This document shows, one piece after another, positions 38,376-48,674 of a stretch of DNA of 64,000 nucleotides. Source of the DNA: Candidatus Culexmicrobium cathedralense (GTDB lineage Archaea > Thermoproteota > Methanomethylicia > Culexarchaeales > Culexmicrobiaceae). Location: contig JANZKC010000002.1 of assembly GCA_025061115.1 (NCBI GenBank), positions 320,001 to 384,000 on the forward strand, read 5' to 3'. The notes under the pieces were generated by a model. The model worked only from the letters and a program-made list of their open reading frames with translations. It was not told the origin of the DNA and made no database searches. The first letter of the stretch is position 1; each line of letters begins with the position of its first letter. Position numbers and translations under genes: made by a program.

Positions 38376-38488
38376 ACTTTAACCTCCTACCTCCGCGAAA
38401 CCTTTCTGGAAGTGGTCTTAAAACTCTTTCTCATAGAAAGATAACGAATTAAACTTCCAGGAACACAAAATAATTGAAGGTGCTGAAA

Positions 38489-39349
38489 ATGGAAGTTGGC
38501 CAAGTCGAGAAAGTTGAAGTAAAAGTTCTAGTAGAAAATACGGCAGGAGCTAGAGAAATTTTAGGAGCACATGGATTGGCCATTCACATTAAAGCTCAAC
38601 TTAAAGCCGACAAACAGGTTAACATACTGTTTGACACAGGCCCATCAGACATGGTTTTGAAGCACAACGCCGAAATAATGAAGATAAACTTTAAGGAGCT
38701 AGACGCCATAGTGCTAAGCCATGGACACTACGACCACACTGGAGGCCTGATTGAAGCACTAAACTTAACTTCAAAAAGAATTCCAGTAGTAGCCCACCCA
38801 CACTGCTTCAACCCCAAATTCGTAGCCGACCCAAAAATCAGGTATAATGGAATACCATTCACGGATAGTCAAGTAATGAAACTTGGAAACCTAATTCTAG
38901 CCAAAGATCCCGTCAAGCTATCCCCCGGCATTATAACCACAGGAGAAGTGCCGAGAATCACAGACTTTGAAAAAATCAGGAAAATGAAAACGATAATTAA
39001 TGGAGCCGTAGTCGACGATCAAATGCTAGATGATCAGGCGCTGGTGATAAACCTCAATGGTGAGCTCATCATAGTATCTGGATGCGCCCATTCAGGAATC
39101 GTGAACACCATCATGAGGGCAATCAAGCTAACCAACATAAAAAAGATAAGAGCCGTAATTGGAGGATTCCACTTAATTGGGGCCAGTTCTGAGAGAATTG
39201 AAAAAACCATAAAATATATCGATGAAATTGGGGTTGAAAAAATAATGCCATGCCACTGCACAGGCGAAAAAGCCATGGTGAAGATGGCAATTAAGTTTGG
39301 AGAGAAATTTCAAAGGGTAGTTGCAGGCAGCGTCATAAGGTTCACTTAA
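38489..39349 (+). CDS. MBL-fold metallo-hydrolase (COG1237-like)
   Basis: HGL, LFDTG, LSHGHYDHTGG, DDQAL, GCAHSG, GGFHL, PCHCTG. Confidence 0.9.
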   Translation: MEVGQVEKVEVKVLVENTAGAREILGAHGLAIHIKAQLKADKQVNILFDTGPSDMVLKHNAEIMKINFKELDAIVLSHGHYDHTGGLIEALNLTSKRIPVVAHPHCFNPKFVADPKIRYNGIPFTDSQVMKLGNLILAKDPVKLSPGIITTGEVPRITDFEKIRKMKTIINGAVVDDQMLDDQALVINLNGELIIVSGCAHSGIVNTIMRAIKLTNIKKIRAVIGGFHLIGASSERIEKTIKYIDEIGVEKIMPCHCTGEKAMVKMAIKFGEKFQRVVAGSVIRFT

Positions 39350-40053
39350 ACATCCAGCTCATCAAGCCTAGCCTGTTTAAATGAGCTCCTCCCCTCATCG
39401 TACCTAGCTTCAAAGAATCTAGCAAGCTCAACACCCCTTTTTCTACCTAAACCCTCAACAAGCGCCAATTCAATTGGAGCGGCATTTACTATTCGCTTGA
39501 TGGAGCCAAACCTCCTTAAAAGCCTCTCCGCCAACTTGGGCCCAATACCGGGAAAGCTCTGAACGACAAAAAGTTGCTTCTCCCTCAAAGTTTCCAGCTT
39601 CGGCTTCCCTCTAATGACAATCCTCTTTCTAATTTCCGCCTGCTCATGCTTAATAAGCGCATAAAGAAGCTCAGCTGTTTCAAGCTCACTAGACGTGAAA
39701 AACGTAGCTACATCATAAGCCATCCAGAGAAAAGCCAAAGCACCAAAGAAAGACCTAATCCCCGCCTTGAGAGTTGAAATTGCAATGCGCACATCCCCCT
39801 CAATAATAAGCGTAGGCTTAGAGTAGGACTCAGCAAGCCTATAAGCTTGATCAAAAATCCTGCCACTACTCACGCTATTAACGAAATCCCTAGCAGTCTT
39901 CCTTTCAACCGCACAATCACTTGATAGAATGTAGTCTCCAACAGCCAACCGCTTAAATAAAACCCTAACGCCAAGAGTTCTAAGGTGCCAAGGAACTTTA
40001 CAGCCTTTCTCCCTCTCATCAACAATAGCCCTCAATGCAACCAACGCTTCCAC
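39346..40053 (-). CDS. xpf: Short crenarchaeal-type XPF/ERCC4 endonuclease
   Basis: VDERE, VGDY, VERKT..DF, HhH2 (FPGIGP, VEGLG), C-terminal PIP-like KQARLDEL; no helicase domain. Confidence 0.92.
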   Translation of the reverse strand: MEALVALRAIVDEREKGCKVPWHLRTLGVRVLFKRLAVGDYILSSDCAVERKTARDFVNSVSSGRIFDQAYRLAESYSKPTLIIEGDVRIAISTLKAGIRSFFGALAFLWMAYDVATFFTSSELETAELLYALIKHEQAEIRKRIVIRGKPKLETLREKQLFVVQSFPGIGPKLAERLLRRFGSIKRIVNAAPIELALVEGLGRKRGVELARFFEARYDEGRSSFKQARLDELDV

Positions 40054-40086
40054 CGAAGCTTTTTAGTGCAAAGAGACTAATAGGCT

Positions 40087-41238
40087 TTGGCGGTGCCAGA
40101 ATTGGCTCTTAAAGGAAGGAACACCAAGTTTTGGCAAGGGAATGTTGCTTGCGCTGAAGGGGCAATCGCAGCAGGGTGCAGATTCTTCGCAGGATACCCA
40201 ATAACCCCCTCATCCGAAATAGCCGAAAGAATGGCTTTAAGACTACCTAAAGTTGGAGGAATATTCATCCAAATGGAGGATGAAATCGCCTCCATAAACA
40301 CCATCATAGGCGCAAGCTGGGCAGGAGCCAAAGCCATGACTGCAACCAGCGGTCCGGGATTCAGCTTAATGCAAGAAGGAATAGGATACGCCTTCATGAC
40401 CGAAACGCCATGCGTAATAGTAGTAGTTCAAAGAGTAGGGCCGGCAACGGGTCAGGCAAGCAAAAATGCGCAGGGAAACTTCATGCAAGTTAGATGGGGA
40501 ACCCACGGAGATTACGCAGCAATAGTATTGGCGCCAAACTCTGCGCAAGAAATGTTCGACTTAACTATTAGAGCATTCAACTTGGCAGAGGAATACCGAA
40601 CCCCCGTAATACTACTAGCAGATGAGTTCACAGGCCACATTCTAGAACCCGTAGAAATCCCAGAGAAAATAAGAGTAGTGAATAGAAGAAAACCTAAAGA
40701 TCTCTCCAAGCCATTCTTCGGCTCAGACGATCCAAGAGAAGTACCGCCAATGCCTGAAGTTGGAGAAGGATTCAACGTGCTAGTAACTGGATCCACACAC
40801 AATGAGTGGGGCTACAGGTTTACTTCGAATGCCGAAGTTCACAGAAAACTTGTAACTAGACTTTACTGGAAAATCGAAGGAAACGCCCAAAAAATAGCTG
40901 ACTATGAAAACGCCATCATCGACGGAGCCAAAATCGGAATAGTATCATTCGGCTGCACTTCAAGATCAGCCTACGAAGCAATTAAGAGAGCTGAGAAGAA
41001 TGGAATGAAAATAAGTCACATAAGATTGAAAACCCTATGGCCCTTCCCAGACTGGATAATTGAAGAGCTAGCCGAAAAAGTCGACGCAATAATAGTGCCC
41101 GAATTAAGCCTAGGCCAACTAGTAAGGGAAGTTGAAAGAGCAGTCCATGGAAAATGCAAGGTAATCTCCATAACGAAGATAGGAGGCGGGGAAATGATAA
41201 CTCCGAGCGAAATACTTGAAGTCGCAAGGAGGTTGTAG
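40087..41238 (+). CDS. korA: 2-oxoacid:ferredoxin oxidoreductase alpha subunit
   Basis: AGYPITPSSEI, QMEDEIAS, TATSGPGFSLMQE, QRVGP.TG, LWPFP. Confidence 0.93.
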   Translation: MAVPELALKGRNTKFWQGNVACAEGAIAAGCRFFAGYPITPSSEIAERMALRLPKVGGIFIQMEDEIASINTIIGASWAGAKAMTATSGPGFSLMQEGIGYAFMTETPCVIVVVQRVGPATGQASKNAQGNFMQVRWGTHGDYAAIVLAPNSAQEMFDLTIRAFNLAEEYRTPVILLADEFTGHILEPVEIPEKIRVVNRRKPKDLSKPFFGSDDPREVPPMPEVGEGFNVLVTGSTHNEWGYRFTSNAEVHRKLVTRLYWKIEGNAQKIADYENAIIDGAKIGIVSFGCTSRSAYEAIKRAEKNGMKISHIRLKTLWPFPDWIIEELAEKVDAIIVPELSLGQLVREVERAVHGKCKVISITKIGGGEMITPSEILEVARRL

Positions 41239-41239
41239 T

Positions 41240-42061
41240 ATGGAGCACTTCGCAATCAAGTATTTAAGGAAGGAGTGCCTGCCAACCCCATTCTGCCCAG
41301 GATGTGGCATCGGAATAGTCATAAACTGCTTCTTCAAAGCTATAGAGGAGCTAGGCTATAAAGATCTAAGAAACTTCGTATTCTGCAGCGGAATAGGATG
41401 CTCAGCATGGATTCCATCGCCCCACTTCAAAGCTGACAGCATACACTCACTGCACGGCAGAAGCATACCCATAGCATTAGGAGTAAAGCTAGTAAAACCC
41501 CACTTAAAGGTCGTAGTATTTGGTGGAGACGGAGATCTAACAGGCATCGGGCTAAACCACCTAATACACGCAGCTAGAAGAAACATAGAGATAACCGTAA
41601 TTATGGTGAACAACATGATTTACGGGATGACTGGAGGTCAAGTAGCTCCAACAACGCCTAAAGGTGCAAAAACAACCACAACGCCATACGGAAATATTGA
41701 AAAGCCAATAGACGCTGTAAAGCTAGTTAAAGAGGCCGGAGCAGTTTACGCAGCCAGATGGACAACATACCACGTAATTCCGCTTAAAAACTCAATTAAA
41801 AAGGCACTCACCAAAAATGGATTCTCATTCATCGAAGTAGTAAGTCAATGCCCAACAGCCTATGGAAGAAGAGCTGGATTCAAAAATCCAGCGGAAATGC
41901 TTAAGTGGTTCAAAGAAAACGCAATTCACATCGAAAGAGCAAAGGCAATGAGACAAGAGGAAATTGAAGGAAAAATAATTGTCGGTGAATTTGCCGACAG
42001 AGAAGCCAAAGGCCTATCTGAGAAAATTCATGAATTAATAAAGCAGCTACAGGAGGCATGA
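41240..42061 (+). CDS. korB: 2-oxoacid:ferredoxin oxidoreductase beta subunit
   Basis: FCPGCG, SGIGCS, LHGR, GGDGD...NN.IYGMTGGQ TPP-binding motif, SQCPT. Confidence 0.93.
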   Translation: MEHFAIKYLRKECLPTPFCPGCGIGIVINCFFKAIEELGYKDLRNFVFCSGIGCSAWIPSPHFKADSIHSLHGRSIPIALGVKLVKPHLKVVVFGGDGDLTGIGLNHLIHAARRNIEITVIMVNNMIYGMTGGQVAPTTPKGAKTTTTPYGNIEKPIDAVKLVKEAGAVYAARWTTYHVIPLKNSIKKALTKNGFSFIEVVSQCPTAYGRRAGFKNPAEMLKWFKENAIHIERAKAMRQEEIEGKIIVGEFADREAKGLSEKIHELIKQLQEA

Positions 42062-42603
42062 AATTGAGAGTGGAAATTAGAATATGCGGATTAGGCGGGC
42101 AAGGAGTGATATTGGCTGGAGAATTACTCGGCCTAGCAGCAGTTCTAGAAGGAAAATACGCTACGCAGACAAGAAGCTATGGCTCCGAAGCTAGAGGCAG
42201 CGCATGCAAAAGCGACGTGGTAATCTCTGATGAAGCCGTACGGTACCCATTGATAGAAAAGTGCGACATCATGATAGCCATGAGCCAACCCTCAATCAAC
42301 ATCTACGCCAAAACCCTAAAGGAAAACGGAATACTGATATTCGATAGCGACCTAGTCAAGAAAGTCCCTAAAGAAATAGCTAGCGCCAAGCTCTATGGAG
42401 TGAAAGCAACAAGAATAGCTGAAGAAAAATACGCAAGAATAGTTGCTAACCTAATAATGCTCGGATTCACAGCCGAGCTAACGGGCATTGTTTCCGTCAA
42501 GTCACTTGAAGAAGCCGTAAAAAGCAGAATTCGAAGAATGGTTGATCTAAACATAGCAGCTCTCAGGGAAGGCGCAAAATTAGCCAAAGCGCAAAAACGT
42601 TGA
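42058..42603 (+). CDS. korC: 2-oxoacid:ferredoxin oxidoreductase gamma subunit
   Basis: GLGGQGVIL, SYGSEARG, ANLIMLG. Confidence 0.92.
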   Translation: MKLRVEIRICGLGGQGVILAGELLGLAAVLEGKYATQTRSYGSEARGSACKSDVVISDEAVRYPLIEKCDIMIAMSQPSINIYAKTLKENGILIFDSDLVKKVPKEIASAKLYGVKATRIAEEKYARIVANLIMLGFTAELTGIVSVKSLEEAVKSRIRRMVDLNIAALREGAKLAKAQKR

Positions 42604-43341
42604 AATCAATTCTTCAATAGCCAAAAAGTACTTAGCGTAAATCGCAGCAACAAACATGATGATCACCAGAGCTAGAAAAGCGTAATCCCTCCGCTCAAGC
42701 TTAAGTTCCCTCAAACTCGTCCTTTTAGGAGAAGCTCCGAAAGCTCTCGATTCCATCGCTTCAGCAACCCTAATAGACTTCCTAATAGCGCCCACGATCA
42801 GCGGAACTAGAATTGGAATAAAATTCCTCAATCTCCGCAGGAAGCTTCCCTTCTCAAGTTCAAGCCCCCTCGACCTCTGAGCATCCATTATCAACTGTGC
42901 TTCCCTCGCTAAAGTAGGCACGAAGCGGAGAGCCATAGTAAACGTGAGAGCAAACTCGTACGGAATCTTAAGCTTAACTAAAGCTTCAGCAAAATCCTCA
43001 GGATACGTCGTCAAGAAGAATATGGAAAAACAGGAAATTATGAGCAAAAGCCTAATACTCATTGCAAGAGCTCTCTCAAAACCTAAAGTGATAAAATTAA
43101 CTACAAAAACTATACCTACCAAAAACAGCGAGCCCTGAAGCGTCTTCAAAAACTTCCTCACTGCCTTGGCGATATAAAACAGAGGCAAGCTCGACAAAAA
43201 CAGAACTGAAAGCGTCACTGTGTGGGTGAAAATCATAGCTAAAGTGAAAATCGCAATTGAGTATGCCAGCTTAACCCGGGGATCCAATCTATGAATAAAC
43301 GTGTCTCCCCTCTTAAATTCGAAGCCCGCTAAAATCCTCAT
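42580..43341 (-). CDS. ecfT: ECF transporter transmembrane component T
   Basis: LDPRVK, LRFVPTL, AQRSRG, AMESRAF. Confidence 0.93.
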   Translation of the reverse strand: MRILAGFEFKRGDTFIHRLDPRVKLAYSIAIFTLAMIFTHTVTLSVLFLSSLPLFYIAKAVRKFLKTLQGSLFLVGIVFVVNFITLGFERALAMSIRLLLIISCFSIFFLTTYPEDFAEALVKLKIPYEFALTFTMALRFVPTLAREAQLIMDAQRSRGLELEKGSFLRRLRNFIPILVPLIVGAIRKSIRVAEAMESRAFGASPKRTSLRELKLERRDYAFLALVIIMFVAAIYAKYFLAIEELISTFLRFG

Positions 43342-44159
43342 TAATACTTAACCCCCAGAACTCGCAGTATAGCATCCCTAGCCTCCGAAACCCACATCAA
43401 GTCTTTCGGCACCCCAAGGTCCGATAACTCCCAAGCCACTTGGGTTATCTGTGGGGGAGTAAGCCTAGCCCTCCTGATCAAATCCGAGTCAGTTAATATT
43501 CTCCTAGTGCTTCCATCAGCTATAATTTTACCCTCCGACATTAACACTACTCTTGAGAAATTCTCAGCTACAAACTCGACGTCGTGCGTAACGACAACAA
43601 TAGTTTTTAGCTGCGACTTCAAAAGCTTAATAAGCTGAGCCAGCCTCTCCTTTTGAGCATAATCCTGCCCAACTGTAGGCTCATCGAAGACGATCACGTC
43701 CGGGTCATAGCTTAAAATGGATGCTATTGCAACTCTTTTCCGCTCCCCCCCGCTTAGCGCAAATGGAGATTGATCTTTAAGTTCATACAAGTCGAGCAGC
43801 TTCAAAACCCACTCAACCCTTTTCTTGATAACGTCACTTGGAAATCCAAAGTTCTTCAAGGCAAACGCGATCTCCTCTTCAACAGTCTCGGAGAAGAGCT
43901 GATGATCTGGATTTTGGAAAACCAATCCAACCCTGCGAGAAAGCTCGGCTACAGAAGCATTCCTAGTATCCACTCCAAAGATCTTCACATACCCCTTACT
44001 CGGCTTTAAAAGCCCATTAAAATGCTTAATTAAAGTAGTTTTTCCAGCGCCATTCTCTCCCATTATTGCCACAACTTCACCGGGCTGAATCTTAAGTGAA
44101 ACTCCACGAAGAGCAACCACTTCCTCATAGCTGTACCAAACATCATGAACTTCAATCAC
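43341..44159 (-). CDS. ecfA2: ECF transporter ATPase
   Basis: GENGAGKTT, FQNPDHQLF, LSGGE, DEPT, THD; GTG start after GGAGG. Confidence 0.92.
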   Translation of the reverse strand: MIEVHDVWYSYEEVVALRGVSLKIQPGEVVAIMGENGAGKTTLIKHFNGLLKPSKGYVKIFGVDTRNASVAELSRRVGLVFQNPDHQLFSETVEEEIAFALKNFGFPSDVIKKRVEWVLKLLDLYELKDQSPFALSGGERKRVAIASILSYDPDVIVFDEPTVGQDYAQKERLAQLIKLLKSQLKTIVVVTHDVEFVAENFSRVVLMSEGKIIADGSTRRILTDSDLIRRARLTPPQITQVAWELSDLGVPKDLMWVSEARDAILRVLGVKY

Positions 44160-45000
44160 CGCGCATAACCTCCAAAATAGCTCTGCGAACTTCATCGGGC
44201 GTAAGCGGCGTGAACCCAAAATTCACGCCATGCTTCTTAAGCTCATTGTAAAGCTTGACAACCTTAGGGACGCCAATGCCAATAGCCTCAACCAACGGCT
44301 TACGCAACACATCCCTGGGGTGCCCATCGAGAACTATTTTACCCCGATCCATAATGACCACTCTATCTGCAACAGAAGCAACTGCCTCAAGCCTATGCTC
44401 AACCAAGACTATCGTTACGCCAAGCTTAACCTTGAGATCTAAAAGCAAGTTCAATACGTGAAGAGCACTCTCAGGGTCGAGATTAGCTGTAGGCTCATCC
44501 AGCACCAATATCTTTGGTTTCATCGATATACATGCAGCAATAGCAACCTTCTGTTGCTCCCCACCTGAAAGCTCATGCGGAGATCTATCCCTCAAATGTG
44601 CAATTCCAACCAAGTTCATTGCCTCTTCAACTCTAGCACGAACCTCCTCCCTTGGCAACCCCAAGTTTTCAGGACCGAAAGCCACCTCCCTCTCGACAGT
44701 TAAGAGGAAAAGCTGAGACTCAGGATCTTGAAAAACCATTCCAACCATCTGAGCTAAGGTGCTAGTAGGAGTTTTTTTAACCGAAAATCCCGCAACGTAA
44801 ATATCCCCCTCAAGAGCACCTCTATAGAAGTGGGGAATTAAGCCGTTTAAGCACCTGCAAAGCGTGGTCTTGCCGCATCCGCTAGGCCCAGTTATCACCA
44901 CGTACTCCCCCGCCTCAATCGACAAGTCAATGCTCCTAATTGCAGGCTTGCTCGACCCGGGATACGTGTAGGTTACCTTGCTCATTTCAATAATCGGCAC
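44152..45000 (-). CDS. ecfA1: ECF transporter ATPase
   Basis: GPSGCGKTT, FQDPESQ, LSGGEQQK, DEPTANLD, EH. Confidence 0.92.
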   Translation of the reverse strand: MPIIEMSKVTYTYPGSSKPAIRSIDLSIEAGEYVVITGPSGCGKTTLCRCLNGLIPHFYRGALEGDIYVAGFSVKKTPTSTLAQMVGMVFQDPESQLFLLTVEREVAFGPENLGLPREEVRARVEEAMNLVGIAHLRDRSPHELSGGEQQKVAIAACISMKPKILVLDEPTANLDPESALHVLNLLLDLKVKLGVTIVLVEHRLEAVASVADRVVIMDRGKIVLDGHPRDVLRKPLVEAIGIGVPKVVKLYNELKKHGVNFGFTPLTPDEVRRAILEVMRGD

Positions 45001-45038
45001 TTCAAACCCCCCAAGCAAGCGAAAAGCAGTTATAGAAC

Positions 45039-46022
45039 TCAGCTCAGCTTTTCAATTAGCATTTTAACGCAAATATCTAGCGCCTCCTCCGGATCACCTA
45101 CTCCATTTGCCCCAGCAGCAGTAGCATGACCTCCACCAGCGCCACCTATCAGCTTTCCCACGAGCTCCATCAAGTCCCTTCCAAGATGTATACCAGTTTC
45201 ACTATGGAATTTGCTCCTCGCCCTAGCACTAATTCTCAGTGAAGCTTCATCACCACCAGCAACAAATGCTACATCAGCGCCCAATTCAATCAACGCTCTA
45301 GCAGCTGAAGCTTCAAATGAACCTACATGCGATGCAACAATAATCCAATCCTTAACTCTATAAATTTTAAGTCTCTGAGCAGCCTTCAACCTAGCAATTC
45401 TTTCCGACGCATCCATGGGCGAGTAAAGCACGCCAAGAGCAGTTGAGTAGTTCGCACCAGCATCAATTAAGTCAGCTGCAGCCCTAAGGGTACTTGGCTT
45501 TGCATTAACGAATCTTCTAGAATCATAAAGCATGCCAACAAGCAGAGCTAACGCTGAAAATTCATCTATCTCCATTGAAAGATCGCAGTAAAAAGAGTAA
45601 ATTATTTCGGCAGTTGATGACGCATTTTCATCAACTATTAACAGCGAAGCCTTTGATGAAACATCAGGGTGAGGTGAGTGATGATCAATTACAATTAAAG
45701 GCGAAGGATAATTTTGAACCTTACTGGACAGCGCGCCCAACTGAGCAAATGAGCAAGTGTCCACCATAATTAGCAAATCACTTGAATCGAAGTCACTGTA
45801 AATTTCTAGTTTAGGCAGCAATTCAATCAGCCTCCTAGAGGGCAAGCTGATGCTTTCCGGAGCCACTATGCTGAAATCTAATTCGGGAAGTATTTTGGAG
45901 AGCAAAGTTGAAAGGGCATATGCGCTTCCAATGGAATCTGGATCCGCATTATGGTGACAAAGAATAATGCAGCTCTCAGGTCGAATTTCAAGAATACAGT
46001 CCCTAAGCTTTGCACCTAGCAT
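45039..46022 (-). CDS. DHH family phosphoesterase
   Basis: HHNADPDS, IDHH, DHHA1 GGGH..AAG. Confidence 0.92.
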   Translation of the reverse strand: MLGAKLRDCILEIRPESCIILCHHNADPDSIGSAYALSTLLSKILPELDFSIVAPESISLPSRRLIELLPKLEIYSDFDSSDLLIMVDTCSFAQLGALSSKVQNYPSPLIVIDHHSPHPDVSSKASLLIVDENASSTAEIIYSFYCDLSMEIDEFSALALLVGMLYDSRRFVNAKPSTLRAAADLIDAGANYSTALGVLYSPMDASERIARLKAAQRLKIYRVKDWIIVASHVGSFEASAARALIELGADVAFVAGGDEASLRISARARSKFHSETGIHLGRDLMELVGKLIGGAGGGHATAAGANGVGDPEEALDICVKMLIEKLS

Positions 46023-46326
46023 TGCTGGAAAACTCCCTCAGCATCTTATCAACGACTTTGAATGCTTCGTCAACTGCTACTCTAACAATGTCATCGACAT
46101 CAACCTTGCATAATGGCGATAACGCAACATCAACATCGACGTTAAATGTGAGAACTTCTTCAAAGGACGCCTCAACAGTTATGTTCAAATCTAAAATTGC
46201 CCTTTTAGGAATCCTCGAAAAAATTATTCTTCTAGCAGCAAGTTCAGCTGCTTTGCAGACAGCTATTATTTGATCTTCTGTTAACTGGGGCAAGCCTATG
46301 CGCTCTATCTCCATCAGTGAATTCAC
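46003..46326 (-). CDS. DUF3194-like protein
   Basis: IGLP.LT..Q...C..AE..AR motif; typical position after pfdB. Confidence 0.72.
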   Translation of the reverse strand: MNSLMEIERIGLPQLTEDQIIAVCKAAELAARRIIFSRIPKRAILDLNITVEASFEEVLTFNVDVDVALSPLCKVDVDDIVRVAVDEAFKVVDKMLREFSSNARCKA

Positions 46327-46700
46327 TCCTTAGTCCCGCTAAGCCCAGCCGTCGACAAGGTCTTACTAATATCCTTCCTCAGATCCTCAAACTGCTTTCT
46401 AATTAGGCTCTCCTGCTTTTGAACTGTCTTTATTCTGAGCTCCAACGTTTCTTTCTTGTCCGTGAGCTCATCTACAACCTGCTTCTTCGTTGTTCTGAAC
46501 ATTATGTAACCAGCAGTCTTGTAAATTTCAGCATCTTGATCAAGCTTCTCGACTTGCTCTAAAGCATGCTCAACCTCCATCAACTGACTTTCAAGCTGCT
46601 GCCTCCTTAGAATCAGCATTCTAAGCTGCTCTTGTAGCTCTTGAAGTCTAATAAGCTTGCTTTCAATTTCAGGCGGTATTCTCTGCGTCAAATCATGCAC
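46323..46700 (-). CDS. pfdB: Prefoldin beta subunit
   Basis: IPPE, coiled coils flanking IYKTAG hairpin, KETLELRIKT. Confidence 0.93.
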   Translation of the reverse strand: MHDLTQRIPPEIESKLIRLQELQEQLRMLILRRQQLESQLMEVEHALEQVEKLDQDAEIYKTAGYIMFRTTKKQVVDELTDKKETLELRIKTVQKQESLIRKQFEDLRKDISKTLSTAGLSGTKE

Positions 46701-46746
46701 CTCACTGCCTTAGCTTTAACATCTGAAGTTAAAATGTTTGTCGCCT

Positions 46747-47016
46747 TTATAAGCGTAAGCTTGAAACTTCCCGCAGGCTTCTTGAGACAGCTGAAATCCA
46801 CCTCAAGTAGGAGTTTACCGCTGCTCTCAAAGCTGCCGTAGAATCGGCCTTCAACTCAACAAGAATAAAGCGCCCATCCAAGTCCAGGCGGACGGTAACT
46901 CTCGGCGAGGACTGACTTTCAACTTCTGGCTCCAAAGCTCTAAAAATAACTTCAGCTAAGTCCTCAGACCCCACGTCAAGCTTAAATTTAGCTTCAGCCC
47001 TCCACAATTTCCCCAC
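46747..47016 (-). CDS. pcc1: KEOPS complex subunit Pcc1
   Basis: ALEPE, LRAAVNSYLRW. Confidence 0.9.
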   Translation of the reverse strand: MGKLWRAEAKFKLDVGSEDLAEVIFRALEPEVESQSSPRVTVRLDLDGRFILVELKADSTAALRAAVNSYLRWISAVSRSLREVSSLRL

Positions 47017-47605
47017 TCCAAGGACTAAACGGCTTTTTAAGCGTTAGCCAAGCGCTCTTAACATTTATTAGTGGACCAATGGGAACCCCAAACTTATCCG
47101 TGAAAAGAATTCTGCAAAAACCGTTACTCTTTGGAACAAGCCTCAAAATAGCTGAATTAGAGGTAAGATTATTGAGAAGCTCACTTGAAACGACTTCAGC
47201 ATTAAGAGCAGCACTTAGAGCCTCAGCAAAAAGGACAACTTCGCTACTGGATCCTGCTTGAGGCAGTATGAAAAGGCTAGATGGATTCATAGACTTTGCC
47301 CGCGGAAACTCTCTAAGAAGCTTCACGCCAGCAATGTTGATAGTTGGAGGAAGCTCATAAAAGCTTCTACTCGACACTGAGAAAAACCTAATTCTACCAG
47401 GATTCCCTTTATAAACAGATATTAAGATGACTCTATTGGCACCAAGCTCAATAGCCTTAAGCGCAACGTCACTTAAGCTCATCTTGCCCCTATTAATCTT
47501 AATCGCTCTGGGAAGAGCTTGCTGCAAATCCTTACAAAAACTTCTCGTCCTTCTAGTTGGTCGCCTTGAAGTCGTTATGAGATATTTGTACGGCATTACT
47601 GACAC
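46994..47605 (-). CDS. Brix-domain ribosome biogenesis protein (Imp4-like)
   Basis: ITTSRRPTRRTRSF, NRGKMSL, GNP, GVKL.RE. Confidence 0.9.
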   Translation of the reverse strand: MSVMPYKYLITTSRRPTRRTRSFCKDLQQALPRAIKINRGKMSLSDVALKAIELGANRVILISVYKGNPGRIRFFSVSSRSFYELPPTINIAGVKLLREFPRAKSMNPSSLFILPQAGSSSEVVLFAEALSAALNAEVVSSELLNNLTSNSAILRLVPKSNGFCRILFTDKFGVPIGPLINVKSAWLTLKKPFSPWSGEIVEG

Positions 47606-47850
47606 TAGCGACTAACTTTGCCAGTTAATGGAACGTATGCTCCCCCAGCAAACGTATATTTGCATTTCCTGCAAGTCCATATTCCAACACTGATGCGCTT
47701 AAGCTTCCCCCTAGTTCTACACCTAGGACACCTATGAGGGGCACGCCTAGCTTCCTCAATTTTCTTAACCCTCAATCTGATCGTTGATCCATACCTAGCC
47801 CCATATCTCCCTGCAATACCGACTTTCCTTGTTCTACCCACACCAATCAC
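47605..47850 (-). CDS. rpl37ae: 50S ribosomal protein L37ae (eL43)
   Basis: KVGIAGRYGARYG, CPRC...GIWTCRKC..FAGGAY. Confidence 0.96.
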   Translation of the reverse strand: MIGVGRTRKVGIAGRYGARYGSTIRLRVKKIEEARRAPHRCPRCRTRGKLKRISVGIWTCRKCKYTFAGGAYVPLTGKVSR

Positions 47851-47852
47851 CC

Positions 47853-48674
47853 CTAAGACGAGCCTTTAAACTGCTCATAAGCCTCAAGAAGTTTACTCCT
47901 CAACTCCTTACCCTTCCCTATAGCTAAGTCAACGGCCTTTAAAATCTCCTCTGGAGTAAAAACTCCAGAAAAGCTCTTCTGCAAAGCACACGTATTTCCA
48001 TCCCTAGTTGTAAAGATAGTTAACCTGCAGTCCAAGACGCTTTCCTCCTCAAGCGACGGGTCCACTATGAGAGAATCGCCAATCTTCCCAATAGTGACCG
48101 CGATCGGATAATCCCTCAATTGTAATGGCTTTCTCTCCTCAGTTATAATTACCTCATCCCCCTCCACCTTAGCTACTGGGATGCTCGTGTTCATTAAGGC
48201 TGCAAGAGCAGCCAGAGCAGATGCATCCATCAAATTGCCATTGTAATCAAGCACGTAAATGTCAACCCAAATCATCCAAACCTTCTTTCCTGGAATTATG
48301 CAAAGCTCCTTCAAGTCCAAGGCTTCACTCTTCCTTATTCCCCTATCAACAACTCTAGCCAATTCAATGGCATTTTCATCTGGAGGTCCAGGCTCAAAGG
48401 ATGGAGATGCAAGTGGAACAAACTCCGCATTAACCATTAAAACTCCTTCATCAGGAGTGTCCGGAAAAGGCATTCCAATTTCAGCTTTCACTCCAACCAT
48501 CACGTAAGTATTTCCAATTTTAACTCCTGCAGACCCATCAGCCTTGCCTGCAATGCCAAACTCTATTGAAATTGGCCTATAATCACTTAAGCTCCTACCA
48601 TCAATTCTAGCTCCCTTAGAAGCTAAATCAAGCAAGTACGCCCTATTCAAATTAACTGGCACTTTACTTATCAC
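47853..48674 (-). CDS. rrp42: Exosome subunit Rrp42
   Basis: [33 protein letters not shown]. Confidence 0.96.
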   Translation of the reverse strand: MISKVPVNLNRAYLLDLASKGARIDGRSLSDYRPISIEFGIAGKADGSAGVKIGNTYVMVGVKAEIGMPFPDTPDEGVLMVNAEFVPLASPSFEPGPPDENAIELARVVDRGIRKSEALDLKELCIIPGKKVWMIWVDIYVLDYNGNLMDASALAALAALMNTSIPVAKVEGDEVIITEERKPLQLRDYPIAVTIGKIGDSLIVDPSLEEESVLDCRLTIFTTRDGNTCALQKSFSGVFTPEEILKAVDLAIGKGKELRSKLLEAYEQFKGSS

